DNA of 63,125 nucleotides, filler included, from Choristocarpus tenellus KU-1152 (lineage: Eukaryota; Protista; Phaeophyceae), in assembly GCA_964200185.2 (NCBI GenBank). It is 10 parts of 10 records of this genome, joined end to end, with 100 filler letters (N's around TTAATTAATTAA, not from the genome) between each part and the next. Parts side by side here need not be neighbours in the genome. Positions count along the whole stretch, not along the records: positions 59,785 to 63,125 come from CAXNAD020020693.1; 9 more parts are not named here. The stretch is one strand, 5' to 3'. Within the stretch, counting starts at the first letter, position 1, and each line of letters starts with the position of its first letter. This document shows, one piece after another, positions 62,154-63,125 of this stretch. The translations under genes were made by a program, and so were the position numbers. The notes under the pieces were generated by a model. It made no database searches. It had not been told where the DNA came from and saw only the letters and a program-made list of their open reading frames with translations.

Positions 62154-62981
62154 GTCAGTAGTTCTTAGCAGGGTTGCAAACTTCCTCCTAAGGCTTGTAC
62201 TGTGCCTAGGACAGTAGTCGGTAGTTTCCATAAAAATGTGATAATAATCGAAAAATATCGTAGATATTTATCATGATTTTATTACAGTAATATCAATAAA
62301 TATATATATGAATATATCATTGAGGGTTATGGAACATGACTTGAAAATCGGGTTTTAGACTAGTAGAATATGTAGTCTGTCGTATTAACTCAAATAGGAT
62401 CCATGAAACCTTCCGTCACCACTCTTCCCATGACCTTAGCCCTATCCCTGACAACTGAATGCTGAAGGTTGTACTGACAATATTTAGTTCATTGAAAAGT
62501 AGGTGACCCTTGGACTTAGCATGCCCTTCAAAGGGCCGCGGGATGAGCATGGTGTAGTGTTACCTTGCCTGTGAAAATCTGCACAACCCATGGGGTATCT
62601 AACCTGTGCCAGACGATTCTCAAATCCAAACGAGGCCGTTCTGAGTTGCATCAGAGGAAAACATTATTGAGCGAGAGTTTTCCCAGGCTTGAATTTTGAA
62701 ACCTAAGTCTGAGTCAAGGTAACCGAGAGCATGTTCTGGCCGTTTCGAGTTTTAAGCTAATTTTTTCAACCTTGTGCTTGTCAAAGAGATGTATACATTC
62801 AAAAGAGAGTGTGCATCAATAAGAACAAGTTTTCTTCTGCAAACTGAATGTACCTACAAGACAGTCAAAATGCACTCCACAGCTCTGGGCTTTGAGCTCC
62901 AAATTTCGGTTCCGCCATGAATTCAGAGCTACCCCTACAACTCAGCAGTGCCCCCTCCTCTCAGCTCCTCTGAATCGTTGT

Positions 62982-63125
62982 GGCTCAAAGTATCTGGAGG
63001 GGGGTGGCGGCTGTCCATTTGGGGCCAATTTTTTCATGTCGCAATTTTTGGGTGATTTGGTTGCATATGTGGGATGGAAAATGTAGGTGCATTTTTCCTG
63101 GTTATGGTCCAAATGGACACCCTGG
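62982..63125 (-). mobile_element. MITE family A, truncated by window end
   Basis: GGCTCAAAGTATCTGGAGGGGG...GTCCATTTGGGGCCAATTTTTTCATGTCGCAATTTTTGGG, collinear with the 59785 copy. Confidence 0.9.

Noticed and set aside
1-63125. tRNA, rRNA or other structured RNA genes; endogenous giant-virus genes
   Set aside because: None recognised by eye; a covariance-model scan and viral HMM search would be needed to exclude them

Overview
Eukaryotic nuclear DNA, not a prokaryotic locus. The window is ten unrelated contigs joined by nine artificial 100-nt linkers (N44-TTAATTAATTAA-N44), so adjacency across a linker has no biological meaning. Gene content, intron architecture and TTAGGG repeats suggest a photosynthetic stramenopile, probably a brown alga or close relative (inference). 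Manual splicing gives one complete gene: a 6-exon, 430-aa TauE/SafE-family transporter. Partial genes: an Stf0/NodH-like sulfotransferase, a CPBP/Abi intramembrane protease, a Derlin (possibly the SELMA type), a P/U-type cyclin, a coiled-coil protein, RNA polymerase III subunit RPC2, an EF-hand protein and two unknown spliced genes. The rest is introns and intergenic DNA with decayed retroelements, a DNA-transposase fragment, many related G(A/G)N-terminated MITEs and minisatellites. Most notable: (1) about 20 short interstitial TTAGGG/CCCTAA tracts, with repeat-copy comparisons showing in-register telomeric insertion at microhomologous sites; (2) a roughly 1-kb foldback-like structure in a cyclin intron built from two tandem arrays that share one motif; (3) a MITE group with a conserved terminal architecture. 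All family calls are from motif recognition; no database search was run.
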